Positions 38,251 to 49,064 of a stretch of DNA of 64,000 bases are shown one piece after another (the first letter of the stretch is position 1; the number at the start of each line of letters is the position of its first letter). A program made the translations under genes and the position numbers. Below the pieces are notes generated by a model. It had not been told where the DNA came from. It did no database searches and saw only the letters and a list, made by a program, of their open reading frames with translations. Origin of the DNA: a virus; IMG/VR virus record IMGVR_UViG_3300035660_000006. The stretch is one strand, 5' to 3'.

Positions 38251-38451
38251 ATGGTTTTTTTACCAAAAGCGACCATAAAAAGAATGATAAAAGAATATTA
38301 TCCAGACGATATGATAAGTAGTAAAGCAATTGAGAGATTAATAGTCCAAGCAGAAGATTTTATCAGGATGACATATCTTGATGCAAGAAAGTTTGCAGAC
38401 GCAGGAAACAGAAAAATGGTATCAGAAAAAGATGTAATTCTTGCGACATAG
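38251..38451 (+). CDS. archaeal histone-fold protein (HMf-like)
   Basis: LPKATIKRMIKEYYPDDMISSKAIERLIVQAEDFIRMTYLDARKFADAGNRKMVSEKDVILA versus HMfB [61 protein letters not shown]. Confidence 0.6.
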   Translation: MVFLPKATIKRMIKEYYPDDMISSKAIERLIVQAEDFIRMTYLDARKFADAGNRKMVSEKDVILAT

Positions 38452-38757
38452 AGGAAATGTTTGGTTATTTGTGGGATATAGGTTTCAAAACCATTGCTGT
38501 TTTCCCCTATATTCAAAAATGAAATTAAACCCATTACTCACAAACAACTAAAACACCTCAAATAAAAAGTGAAAAAAATGGCAAGAGCATGTCCAATACT
38601 TATGATAGGAAGAACAGAAGACAAATCAGAATGCATAGGAGAAAGATGCATGTGGTTCATTCCAGCGATTAATGAATGCATATTTCCAGCAATCAACAGA
38701 AGTATCTTTAAAAATATAGAAATCAAAAAATAATTATAAAGTGTCCACTTACTTAGT

Positions 38758-39336
38758 GTGGAAGAGAGGAGAGTATTGCAATTTAGGATATTTGGTAGAG
38801 TATTCACTATTTTCTGGAAAAAAAGTGGAAAAGATTATTCTTTCAATTTTAGGTCTACATTTCTTGAAAAACCATGCGTGGGGATTAATAGCAATGTTTA
38901 TGGTTCTGATATTTATAAAAACCAACTTCATTTTTTTATGGGGGATTTTGATGATATTCTTACATTGAAGCAATTAAAGAAAAAGGTTAGGGAAGTTCAG
39001 GACAGATTTAAGGATTTAGTTGGCGATGGATATATTTACGAAACTTCACCAAATAAGTTTTCTCTGCATTTCTATCAGTTATCAACTTACTGGGAGTGGA
39101 TGAAGGTAATTCATTTTCTTAATGATTGTTTGGATACGAGTTATGTGCGATGGCGTCTCAGGAGAAATTCGATGGTCATGCGATTATCACCTAAATCTTC
39201 TGGTTATATTCCAAAACTTATTGAAGTTGTGAAAACAAAATATCACAAAGGAGAAGACGAGTTTTCAAAAAGAATGATTTTGCAAAATTTAAATAGCGAG
39301 GTGAAAATAAAAGATGGTTCATACACCAAGAATTGA
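38758..39336 (+). CDS. archaeo-eukaryotic primase (AEP/PrimPol)-like protein candidate
   Basis: DxD (FFMGDFDD), SxH (KFSLHFY) and motif-III-like (MVMRLSPKSSGY) in the right order. Confidence 0.4.
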   Translation: MEERRVLQFRIFGRVFTIFWKKSGKDYSFNFRSTFLEKPCVGINSNVYGSDIYKNQLHFFMGDFDDILTLKQLKKKVREVQDRFKDLVGDGYIYETSPNKFSLHFYQLSTYWEWMKVIHFLNDCLDTSYVRWRLRRNSMVMRLSPKSSGYIPKLIEVVKTKYHKGEDEFSKRMILQNLNSEVKIKDGSYTKN

Positions 39337-39943
39337 AGAGCCAACAATATTCATTCCAACACTTGAGCAATGGAAAGCACCCAGCGATGAAGAAATAAAA
39401 AGAAGAAGGGAATTTAGCGTAGTTCTATACGCCCCAAAATATGATGAGAAACTGAGAGAAGAAGCGACAATAACTTATAATGAAACAGATGGAACATTTG
39501 AAGTAGAGATAACAAAAGTTGGAAAAGCGAAGTGGAGTGAAAATTTAGGTAGATTTAGTTCTTATGAAGAAGCGAAGGCAAAACTTTATAGTAGATTTGA
39601 TGATTTATTTAATACACCATCCCCAAGTGGGATGGGTGGTTCATGGGATTATGATAAAGATGGAAATCAAAGAACATCAAGCCATCCAGCGATGCAGACT
39701 AAAAGAAGCATATCATTAATCGAAGGAGATGAAGCAGAAGCAGTATTGAAAGCAAGAGTGGAAAGTGTAGAGTTTACACCTAAAGGAAAGAAGATGAAAT
39801 CTTATACAATAAGAGTCCCAGATACAGGTATGCCAACAATGATTTCTGTGCGAACACTTTACCCTTCATACTTTAAACACATAGACCAATTGCACACCAA
39901 AAGAGTAGCAAGATTAAGAAGGATTAGACAGAGTAAAAAGTGA
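39314..39943 (+). CDS. hypothetical protein (209 aa)
   Basis: ORF. Confidence 0.45.
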   Translation: MVHTPRIEEPTIFIPTLEQWKAPSDEEIKRRREFSVVLYAPKYDEKLREEATITYNETDGTFEVEITKVGKAKWSENLGRFSSYEEAKAKLYSRFDDLFNTPSPSGMGGSWDYDKDGNQRTSSHPAMQTKRSISLIEGDEAEAVLKARVESVEFTPKGKKMKSYTIRVPDTGMPTMISVRTLYPSYFKHIDQLHTKRVARLRRIRQSKK

Positions 39944-40219
39944 AACAATTTAAAGTTAAACTTTTAAAATATAACACAGGGGTGTTTAAAAAATGAGTAA
40001 AAGAAGTCTATTCAGAAAAATCAGACATGAGATTTCTGTAAGATTGAGACCTGTGTTAGTTTTAGACTTGGAATCATTAGCAAGAGTTTTGACAGACCAC
40101 GAGAAGAGATTAAAAAAAATAGAACAACATTTAGGTCTTGAACTTGCAATAAGAGAAGTCAATAATACTAAAAAAACTAATAAAAAGAAGGGAAAATCCA
40201 AAAAATGATTTTTCTTTTC

Positions 40220-40606
40220 TTACATTTTTCCCATAAGCATCTGCAAGATTACTTTGTATAAGTTTGTGCTATTATCAACACTTTTAAGGATTTCAACCAT
40301 ATCTTCTGCTGTCAATAGATATACTTCCTTTGTCATTGCTCTCGTAGTTTCTTCTGGCAATTCGATGATTTGTCCTGAATCTGTTGTAATTGTTTTTCTT
40401 TCCTTAACAAATTCCTTCTTGCTGATAAAATATTGAGTTGGAGTTTTAGAGACTAATTTCACTTCTTGTGGTGTTTGAATTGTTTGAAATGGTTGTTGCA
40501 TGGTTTGAACAGGAATTTGTGGATTTCCTGTGATAGCACCCCTCAATCTTGCTTCCTCTTCAGGAGAAATTGATTGTTGTTTTTTCTTTACTCTGAACAT
40601 AGACAA
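40220..40606 (-). CDS. hypothetical protein
   Basis: ORF. Confidence 0.4.
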   Translation of the reverse strand: MSMFRVKKKQQSISPEEEARLRGAITGNPQIPVQTMQQPFQTIQTPQEVKLVSKTPTQYFISKKEFVKERKTITTDSGQIIELPEETTRAMTKEVYLLTAEDMVEILKSVDNSTNLYKVILQMLMGKM

Positions 40607-40987
40607 CTATTTTAATTTTAAACTTTAAATATTATACATTTGAAAAATGAAAAGTTTTAAATTTTTGAAAATTTTAAATAAACAAATATGTATAGGTAAT
40701 GTCATGAATAAAAAATTAATTCTTCCATTTGTAATTTTGCTTCTATCATTTCAGATAGGGTTTTCTGCCGAAGGGTGTAATTTATATGTAATAACAGATG
40801 GTGGAGTATTAGTCTTTTTAGAATCAACACTTCATTTTATAATGAATTTGCTGATGTGCTGGTCTGGAATGTATGTTTTATTGTTTTTTATAGCGATAGC
40901 AGGTATTTTAATGATGATATTCAAGGCTTTCGGAAAATGGTGAATTAGATTAAAATATTTAAAAATTTAAAAATCAAAACAGATTGC

Positions 40988-42091
40988 ATGAAAAAACTTT
41001 CATTAATCTTACCACTCTTGATTTTATTATCACCAGTGTTGGGTGCAACATGCGAACAGACTTGTGCGAGTTCTGGATTTGATTATTATGTTTGTTCTGC
41101 TTTTGATTATACTGGTGCTTTCAGTTGCCATTTTTCATCTCCACTATCCTATTGTTATAATTCTTATACAGAAAAGTTTGGAACAGATTGTGCGACAAGA
41201 TGTTTTTGTTTTAAGATAAACGATTGTGGTTGCTCAAATCTGGAATGCAGTGGTGTTTGTGGAGTTTCTGGTTGTGCTGGGACTACTTTAAACATAAATT
41301 CTATCACAAGTTTACCAGCAGACACATTTCTTAATGATTATTCTACTTGGGATGTAAACATACAAAATACAGGAAGCATTTGTGCTTATACTTATGCCGA
41401 ATGTCATGTCAGGTCACCAACAGGAGTTAATTATTATGTTACTGATGGATGTGGTTCAATTCCTGCTGGTTCAACACATACAGTTTATCCACAAAGACAA
41501 GTGAATGAAATAGGAACTTGGCAATTATTATCTTGTAGCATTTATGAAGCACAAGGGGAAGGAGTATGTCAAGCACCAATGATATATAGAGATGAATATG
41601 ATTTTTCTCCAACACATACTTGGGATGTTACAACGTCTTCTTGTCCCCCAACAACATTTGGGGAATGTCCATCAGGTTATGATGGATATTTTCAATGTTT
41701 TGCAAATCATATAGGTCATTGCGAATTTTATTCAGGGATAGGAAAATATTGTTGGACAGATTTTAGAAATTGTCAAACTTTCTATTTGCCAGAAGTGAGA
41801 TGTTGTTCTGCTGGTGCATGTGTTCCTTGCACAGGAACAACTACTACAACAATAGCAGGAACTACAACTACAACATTAAGTGTAACAACTACCACATCAG
41901 AAATTGGTGTTTCAAATTTGGATGAACCATTCAATACAACTGATATGCCAGATGAATTAAGATTTATGAATAATCTCGCAACAGGTCTTTTTAATATGTC
42001 TGGCTCAATAATTGCAGGTTTATTTTTATTGATATTAGCCTTATCTATTGCAACAATATTAATAGTAATAGGAAAGAGGTCGTTAACGTGA
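40988..42091 (+). CDS. secreted Cys-rich, Thr-linker, C-terminally membrane-anchored glycoprotein candidate
   Basis: signal peptide; about 40 Cys; TGTTTTTIAGTTTTT linker; C-terminal TM. Confidence 0.6.
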   Translation: MKKLSLILPLLILLSPVLGATCEQTCASSGFDYYVCSAFDYTGAFSCHFSSPLSYCYNSYTEKFGTDCATRCFCFKINDCGCSNLECSGVCGVSGCAGTTLNINSITSLPADTFLNDYSTWDVNIQNTGSICAYTYAECHVRSPTGVNYYVTDGCGSIPAGSTHTVYPQRQVNEIGTWQLLSCSIYEAQGEGVCQAPMIYRDEYDFSPTHTWDVTTSSCPPTTFGECPSGYDGYFQCFANHIGHCEFYSGIGKYCWTDFRNCQTFYLPEVRCCSAGACVPCTGTTTTTIAGTTTTTLSVTTTTSEIGVSNLDEPFNTTDMPDELRFMNNLATGLFNMSGSIIAGLFLLILALSIATILIVIGKRSLT

Positions 42092-42762
42092 AGAAATATA
42101 TTATTTTAATGATGCTGTTTTGTTTAGTGTTTATTCCAACTGTTATGTCAGTAGAAGTAACTAATGAATCAAGAGAATATGTCAGATACAGAAAAGAAGT
42201 CAGCAATTTCACACAAGAATTTTTATATTTTGATAATTTTGATGGGAAAAACTTTTTTGTTCAATTTTTAGTAATCCCACAATTAAGGGTATATGGTTCA
42301 CCAGAAACCATTTCAATTTGGAATCCAGTTCTCTATTTTCAAAGAGGAAGTGAAATTATTGGTGTTGATACTTCTTCTTGCTGGAAATGGTGGGGCAATG
42401 CTTCAAATCAACAAGAGCAAAGACAAAATGAAGATTGTCCAACTGTATCGTTTGAAATGAAAGCCAATGATAAAAGTATGACAATTTATATGTTTACAAA
42501 TGGAACAGTAAAACCAGCCCCAGCATTTATTACATATTATTATGGATATTCAACAGCGTATGCAGACGATAAAATAATTTATAGTGATACAAGAAGAATT
42601 GCATCAAACTCTTTAACAGAATTTTTTACACTTAATCTCAATATATGGAAAGGTGCTTACTATTTGTTAATAGTTATTATTATGGTTATTGGTGTTCTAT
42701 TTTTTGTGGGTGGAATACCATTATTAATCAAAAAAATAATAGTAAAAGTGAGTGGGGGATAA
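42088..42762 (+). CDS. signal-peptide plus C-terminal TM protein, SCWxWW family paralog A
   Basis: TSSCWKWWGN motif; C-terminal TM anchor. Confidence 0.55.
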   Translation: MKKYIILMMLFCLVFIPTVMSVEVTNESREYVRYRKEVSNFTQEFLYFDNFDGKNFFVQFLVIPQLRVYGSPETISIWNPVLYFQRGSEIIGVDTSSCWKWWGNASNQQEQRQNEDCPTVSFEMKANDKSMTIYMFTNGTVKPAPAFITYYYGYSTAYADDKIIYSDTRRIASNSLTEFFTLNLNIWKGAYYLLIVIIMVIGVLFFVGGIPLLIKKIIVKVSGG

Positions 42763-43553
42763 TGAGAAAAGACATTTTAATATTAGCAGGAATTTTGTTA
42801 GCAATACCAATGGTTTTTTCAATTATGCAAGACCCAAGAACATTAACTGATTTATGGTATTACATTCCTAATTATACAAATTGTTTGGGAAATTCTGATG
42901 GTTTAACACCAATTCCAATTGAAGGGACTTGTGAAAATCTTTGGATGTTTATTTTTACAAATAACACACCATCACAAATAACAACACAATTAATTCCAGC
43001 ACCAAATATGACTTGTTATCGCAATAATCAAAATTGTCCTTTAACAGGATATTATACTAATATGAGTTTTAAGGCAGACATACAGGGAACTTTTCTACCA
43101 TTTGGAATGTATATTGGTGGTGCGAAATCTTCAAACCATTCTGTTGATGTTGGGAGTTGTTGGAATTGGTGGAACACAACAGATGAAGAATTGAGAAGGT
43201 ATCAAAGGTCTTTCTGTCCAATAACAACAATTTCTTTTGGAAGATTTGATAAAGGTGCAGTTCTTTGGTTTTGGTGGGCAGATGTGCCTTATCCATTTGG
43301 AACAGCACAACCAGACACTTTCATTTCTTTCAAAGGTTATGGGGGAACTATGTTTAATGTTGACAATATGTATAGTCCAGATGCCCAATCAATGTTTAGT
43401 GCAATAAGAAGTTATCTAAACATTTCACTTTCACTTTGGAGAATACTTTATTATCTTGTAATGATTGTATTTATTATAACAGGAATATTTTTTGTTTTAG
43501 GAGTTTTGCCTATGGGTTTAAGATGGATAATTAAAAAAATAACAGAGGATTGA
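42763..43553 (+). CDS. signal-peptide plus C-terminal TM protein, SCWxWW family paralog B
   Basis: start at Met MRKDILILAGILLAIPMVFS; VGSCWNWWNT motif; C-terminal TM. Confidence 0.55.
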
Positions 43554-43772
43554 TATGGCAATATTAGGATTAGATGCAATAAACAGATTTTTTGATTCGT
43601 TATATGCTTATTGGGTCGGATATTGGAATGCTTGGGGAGTTCTTGGGATGGCTCTATTTTTTATAATTGCCCAAATTTCAGCAGTTTGGTTCTATATTAA
43701 AATAATGAATGCACTAATAAATTTTGAGCCAAAAGTAAGATTGTTTATTAATAGAGTGATGCTATTTTTTGA

Positions 43773-46139
43773 TTAAAATCTTTTTGAAAGCGATTTCATT
43801 CCAAACAATATAGCCATACCTATACCACCAAGAAGTATCACAATAAATATTGGCTGGACACATAGAATCAAAGTTATAGTTGATTTAAGAATAGATGTAA
43901 TGAAACACATTATATTTGCAGTGCATACTCCAATCTGCCCACAATAAAATCCACTTGGTGGAAGAGGTGTTCCTGTTTCCAGATGATAGACACTATTGTT
44001 CTGCGAGAATATCATCTCCATATTGTTTCCATGATTTGTGAGCCAAATCTCCTGAACTGAATTATTATTAAGATTTAAATAACAATTTGGAATGAATTGT
44101 TCTTTGTCTGCGTAAAGCGTATTTCCGACAACATTCAAATCACTTGAATTAAATTTCATCATTAATATTCCATTCTCTCCACCAACATTAAATGGTGAAG
44201 CGATATAACATTCAGTATCGGAAACACAAGTCATTCCAGAATGTGAACTGATTGGCTCATTATTATAATTTTTCACCTTATAAAATGATATATTAAGTGG
44301 TGGGCTTGGGGGACAGCAATAATTATAACTGGTTGAAAAATTATCTAAAGAATAATTAAGAATATGTAACTCATCATTCCATAAATGGAAGAAATGTGTA
44401 GAATTTCTTGTCATAGATGATGGGACATATAATCTTTGTGTGCCTCTCATAATTCCCAAAGTTGTTGACCTATTAAATGTTTCCAATTCAGTTGCACCAG
44501 AACCTTGCCAGAACCACCAATTCCAAAAATGCCTGTCTTTATATGGGAATGTATTAATATCTCCCCCATCATAAAATGACTTTACAGAAATTGAATCTTG
44601 AGAAAGTGGGGGGCTTGACCAATAAAAATACCATTCACCTTCCAAGTGATTCCAACTATTTCCAATACCATAATATTGTTGAAATATAACTGCTGTATCA
44701 TAATATCCCTGTTCATGCCCAACACGAATAGCCCAATGATAATTATCATCAGTATGAACAAATTTTGTAAATTCACTTACATGGGATATACAACCACATG
44801 AAGGTTCATCGCATGGCTGATTTGGAAATAACCAAAAATAATCCACATCATAAGTATTTGCGTTATCAATAATTATTGTTCCAACAAGATTCCAATTCTT
44901 ATCATATTTGTAGATATGAGTATTGTTGTTGAGATAATAATTATCCCTGCTTTCAGAAAATCTGAAATAAGTTGTAATATAACAAGCACAAGATGTTGGG
45001 TCAACAATATAATGTGGTTGCCAATCTATTGTTTCATTTTTCAATAATGCAGAACTAACTTTAGTCAAACTTAATGTGTTTGGATATGAAACAGCAGAAC
45101 AACTCGAATTATAAGTTATGTCTGGTGGGTGTGCTTGAAGTGTTGTTGTGGTGGTTGGGGGTGGTGGAATATTTTTAACTAAAGGATAATTATCATAATT
45201 AAAAACATTCCCTGTTTTTGAAAGTGGAAGGGGATAATCACAAATATAATCTAAATTATTGTCAATACAAAACATATCAGACCAACCTAAACCATTCAAT
45301 GAAGTATAATAATTTCCACCTATTAATGAGCCTTGAATTATGTTTGTCCCTGAAGTTAGAGTAGTATTCCATTGTGAGTTTGGATTTCCCATCGCTTGAT
45401 ATATGCATTCTGGGTGAGTGCAATCTGTAGGGCTGACCCAAATATTATTATAGAATGTAAGATTTCCACTCAAAGAAACAGTTCCAGTAATATTCACTCT
45501 TGTTATTAGGCTTCGCAAATTTCCCTCATTTCCATGTTTTAAATAAGTTAAATTTGAATCTGTTATTGTTGTATTGCGACCATCCACTGATAAACTTCCT
45601 TTGATATATTTGAATGTGTTATTTCCAAAATGATAAGAAATACTATCATGTGTGCAATGTATTGTCCCACTGATATTTTCAAAATAATCAAATCCAGTAA
45701 TTCCAAAACAATCAATAACATTATTAACAGTTATATTTTTTGAATAACCATAAAGGGCATTACCATAAGCAATATCCCAAAATGAACTTGGATTATTAAA
45801 ATAGAGATTTTCATATTTGAAATAATTTGTGCCATAAGAATGTAAACCATAATACCAATCGGTAACTGAACAATTGTAAATTGTTGTATTGTGTGCGTTA
45901 TTATCCAAGCCAGTAGTTCCCCATGTTTGAATTCCATCAACTCTATGACCCTGACAGTCCAAAATTATATTATTCGCAGAGAAAGTCATACAGGTTGAAG
46001 CACCTGAATTGATAATATCTGCTGTCAAATAATAGACTGTGTTTGCTGAATTCATATTAGTGCAAACATTGATATTTACTGCCGAAACAATCTGAAAACA
46101 AAACAGAATAAAAAGCATAGAGATGATATTTTTTTTCAC
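43773..46139 (-). CDS. large secreted, membrane-anchored protein rich in N-glycosylation sequons (788 aa)
   Basis: signal peptide; dozens of NxS/T; C-terminal TM; possible beta-helix-like repeats. Confidence 0.65.
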   Translation of the reverse strand: MKKNIISMLFILFCFQIVSAVNINVCTNMNSANTVYYLTADIINSGASTCMTFSANNIILDCQGHRVDGIQTWGTTGLDNNAHNTTIYNCSVTDWYYGLHSYGTNYFKYENLYFNNPSSFWDIAYGNALYGYSKNITVNNVIDCFGITGFDYFENISGTIHCTHDSISYHFGNNTFKYIKGSLSVDGRNTTITDSNLTYLKHGNEGNLRSLITRVNITGTVSLSGNLTFYNNIWVSPTDCTHPECIYQAMGNPNSQWNTTLTSGTNIIQGSLIGGNYYTSLNGLGWSDMFCIDNNLDYICDYPLPLSKTGNVFNYDNYPLVKNIPPPPTTTTTLQAHPPDITYNSSCSAVSYPNTLSLTKVSSALLKNETIDWQPHYIVDPTSCACYITTYFRFSESRDNYYLNNNTHIYKYDKNWNLVGTIIIDNANTYDVDYFWLFPNQPCDEPSCGCISHVSEFTKFVHTDDNYHWAIRVGHEQGYYDTAVIFQQYYGIGNSWNHLEGEWYFYWSSPPLSQDSISVKSFYDGGDINTFPYKDRHFWNWWFWQGSGATELETFNRSTTLGIMRGTQRLYVPSSMTRNSTHFFHLWNDELHILNYSLDNFSTSYNYCCPPSPPLNISFYKVKNYNNEPISSHSGMTCVSDTECYIASPFNVGGENGILMMKFNSSDLNVVGNTLYADKEQFIPNCYLNLNNNSVQEIWLTNHGNNMEMIFSQNNSVYHLETGTPLPPSGFYCGQIGVCTANIMCFITSILKSTITLILCVQPIFIVILLGGIGMAILFGMKSLSKRF

Positions 46140-46145
46140 TTTTTT

Positions 46146-46616
46146 TCACCTTAAATATGGATTCTGTTGTTTATTTTTTAATAAAATTGCATACAGTATT
46201 CCAAACACCATAATAATTATTGTAATTGAAATTATTAAAGTTTTAAAAATTTTCATATTTTTGTCTTTTGATGAATTTATTGGTTGTGTTTGGTTGAGAG
46301 AAATATCCATACATTTGTAGTATCCCAAAAGTCTTCTCTCAAAGATGAAATAATATTCATTGACAACATCTTCTGGGTATTGCTTTATTTCACTTTCTGT
46401 CGCAAGTCTTGGAGTATCCAAGCGAACTCTTTCTTCAAGTTTACAGATAATATTTTCTTCTGTAAAATTTCCTCTTATTTTTGGGACAATAGGCATATTA
46501 GTGAAATTCCACTTTTCTGTTGGATTCTTAATATTTGTTGCGATATAGTTTGCTTCTTGGGATAAGGCTTGATTTATCACAAGCAAGAACGCTATTAGAA
46601 ATAGAATGCTTCTCAT
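46146..46616 (-). CDS. signal-peptide plus C-terminal TM protein (156 aa)
   Basis: hydrophobic termini. Confidence 0.5.
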   Translation of the reverse strand: MRSILFLIAFLLVINQALSQEANYIATNIKNPTEKWNFTNMPIVPKIRGNFTEENIICKLEERVRLDTPRLATESEIKQYPEDVVNEYYFIFERRLLGYYKCMDISLNQTQPINSSKDKNMKIFKTLIISITIIIMVFGILYAILLKNKQQNPYLR

Positions 46617-46730
46617 ACCAAATTATTTAACTTTCAAAGTTAAAAGTATTAGTAAAAGAACCCCAAACAAATTAATTGAAAATTTTTAAATATTTATAAA
46701 TTCAAAAAAGATAGTAATTAAGTGAAGGAA

Positions 46731-47303
46731 ATGAAAAAATCCATAATACTCTTATCAATCTTATTGTTGCTACCTTTAATTCAAGCACACACAGTTACAC
46801 TAAAATTATATACAGACTTGCAGAAGACACAGGTTTACTCAAACGAATTCTTATGGGCTTATCTCCAGAACAAGACATTTGTGGGTGGAGAATTAAGTTA
46901 TAATGTATCTTGTTTTAACGCAAAATACACAGGTGGTCAGGCATTAGTCTTATCTGTTCCAACAGGATATTACGATGTCCTGTTTGTTGATGGTGCAATT
47001 TCTTGGAATAATAACACCAATTGCCCAGATAGAGCAGACAACTACGATATTTGGGCAACAGCACAGAGTAATGTTCTGATAGATGGGGACAAAACACTCG
47101 ATTATTTTGTCAACACAACATTGATTGCCCCACCGAGACAATACTTCTGGAATATTTTAAGTTTCAGGGCAATTATTTCAATAATAGTATGGATTTTAAT
47201 AGGTGCGTTGTGTTTTGTTGTAGCATGGAAAACAAATTCAGGGTTGGCAGTAGCAATATTATTTCTAATCTGCTTGATTGTCAAATTGCTTCTTGGGGTT
47301 TGA
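46731..47303 (+). CDS. signal-peptide plus C-terminal TM protein
   Basis: ATG at 46731 after TATA-like motif at 46678. Confidence 0.5.
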   Translation: MKKSIILLSILLLLPLIQAHTVTLKLYTDLQKTQVYSNEFLWAYLQNKTFVGGELSYNVSCFNAKYTGGQALVLSVPTGYYDVLFVDGAISWNNNTNCPDRADNYDIWATAQSNVLIDGDKTLDYFVNTTLIAPPRQYFWNILSFRAIISIIVWILIGALCFVVAWKTNSGLAVAILFLICLIVKLLLGV

Positions 47304-49056
47304 GGTAATAATTATGGGTAAATCTATAAGGAAATTTGCAATAATATTTTTCTTCTTTTCTTTATGGTTTGCTCTATCTAATATTACTTATCTCGTTCTT
47401 GCTCAAGAAATGGAAACTTATAAAGGGGATTTAACTTATAATGATTTTATTGACGAAAGGGGTATAGATTGGGAAGTAAAATTTGAACCTCAAAATAATA
47501 TAGATAAGATAGTATCTTCTGTCATATATATTGATTTAGTATCTGTTCCAGCAACAGCAGAAGATATTTTAATGAAATTAACTGTTAATGACGAATTACA
47601 TTGTTCTCCAGAAATATTCAAATTAGATGGATTTGAAGGTTCAAAAAAAATTAAATTTGATTGTTCTGGAGTAATTAATCGACAAGGACTTTATAATTTA
47701 CATTTATCAACAACACAAGTAATAAAAGGAATATCTGGAAGTTATGAAATTATTTATTATATGACTCCTTCTTGGCAGAAAACAATCGAAGATATTGAAA
47801 AGAAAATTAATGAAACTTCTTGGCAGAAGTCAATTGAGAATATTGAAAAAAGGATGGAAAATAAAATAACAATGGGAACAGGTGGAACTGAATATCAAAT
47901 GAATGATAATGCGAGAATTTTTGCAAGACTTCTTGATGGAAATTCCAGACCAATAAATATTGCTTCCTGCAATGCTACTGTTTATTATCCTAACAATACA
48001 AAACTTTTAAATAATGTTCCTTTAACACTTCTTGAAAAAGGAATTTATTATTATGATTTTACAACACCAAACATCACAGGAAACTACATAACAGTTTTTG
48101 ATTGCATTTTTCCTTCAATACCTTTTATTCAGAATATATCGATTAATGTTCCATTAGCATCTTTAGAGAGGTATAATGGGGAGTTTCTTTTTGATAATTC
48201 AAATAATATAACGATTAATTCTGCTTATATGACTTGGGTAGCAGATTTATCAGCAACAGGAGTAATTTTCCAAACACAATTCAACTATCAAGTAATCAAT
48301 CAAACAACAGGAATAAAAGCATTAATATTGTTCAATAAAACTCTAACTCAAAGTGATTTTTTAACCATTTCAGAGCAAGTATTTCAATTTCAAAATTTAG
48401 GTTCTGGAACTGCTACAGTTTATTATGCAAGATTATATGTCAATTATACTTGGAATGACCCACAACAAATCATTAGAGGTCAGGATGAAGTTCATATCGG
48501 AAGTGGAAATGTTAGTTATGTAGACTCTGTAGGAAATGTTTCTTATGTTGATACTGTTGGAAATGCAAGTGCAACATTCAGAGATTTAAGATATGCTGGT
48601 GGAACTGAATATTTTTCTGGCACAGAAGGGCAGATTACTTATCAATTTTTAGAAACTTCTCAAGGAAATCCAAGTCCAATAAATACTGCAAATTGTAATA
48701 TGACAATATGGTTTCCTAATAACTCATTGTTTATCTCAAATCAGAATATGCCTTATCTTTCAGGAAGTTCAGGTATTTATGTAACAAATTTTACAGTTCC
48801 ATCGACACAAGGAGTATATAAAACAAATGCAATCTGTTATTCATCACCAAAATGGAGTTATGGTGCTTCAACTTTCCATGTAGAGAATACTTTATACAAT
48901 AATCAGCAAACAATCTACAGTTTCTTACAAGCAATGAACACAACTCTGGTAAATAACCAACAATATATAATCTCTCTGGTGCAGAATGTTTCCACCCAAA
49001 TAACTACCTCATGGGATACATTTTGGGATTCAGTAAGTGCAAGGATAACCAGTTGA
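47278..49056 (+). CDS. secreted protein with two copies of the CN-x-T...YPxNT...FT-P...G-Y....C domain and internal tandem repeats
   Basis: signal peptide; paralogous to 49109 and 51213; 48-nt and 27-nt tandem repeats. Confidence 0.65.
   Translation: MSNCFLGFEVIIMGKSIRKFAIIFFFFSLWFALSNITYLVLAQEMETYKGDLTYNDFIDERGIDWEVKFEPQNNIDKIVSSVIYIDLVSVPATAEDILMKLTVNDELHCSPEIFKLDGFEGSKKIKFDCSGVINRQGLYNLHLSTTQVIKGISGSYEIIYYMTPSWQKTIEDIEKKINETSWQKSIENIEKRMENKITMGTGGTEYQMNDNARIFARLLDGNSRPINIASCNATVYYPNNTKLLNNVPLTLLEKGIYYYDFTTPNITGNYITVFDCIFPSIPFIQNISINVPLASLERYNGEFLFDNSNNITINSAYMTWVADLSATGVIFQTQFNYQVINQTTGIKALILFNKTLTQSDFLTISEQVFQFQNLGSGTATVYYARLYVNYTWNDPQQIIRGQDEVHIGSGNVSYVDSVGNVSYVDTVGNASATFRDLRYAGGTEYFSGTEGQITYQFLETSQGNPSPINTANCNMTIWFPNNSLFISNQNMPYLSGSSGIYVTNFTVPSTQGVYKTNAICYSSPKWSYGASTFHVENTLYNNQQTIYSFLQAMNTTLVNNQQYIISLVQNVSTQITTSWDTFWDSVSARITS
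47773..47868 (+). repeat. 48-nt tandem repeat x2 inside a CDS (WQKTIEDIEKKINETS / WQKSIENIEKRMENKI)
   Basis: direct reading. Confidence 0.7.
48503..48568 (+). repeat. 27-nt tandem repeat x2.4 inside a CDS (GNVSYVDSV / GNVSYVDTV / GNAS)
   Basis: direct reading. Confidence 0.7.
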
Positions 49057-49064
49057 AAATATTG

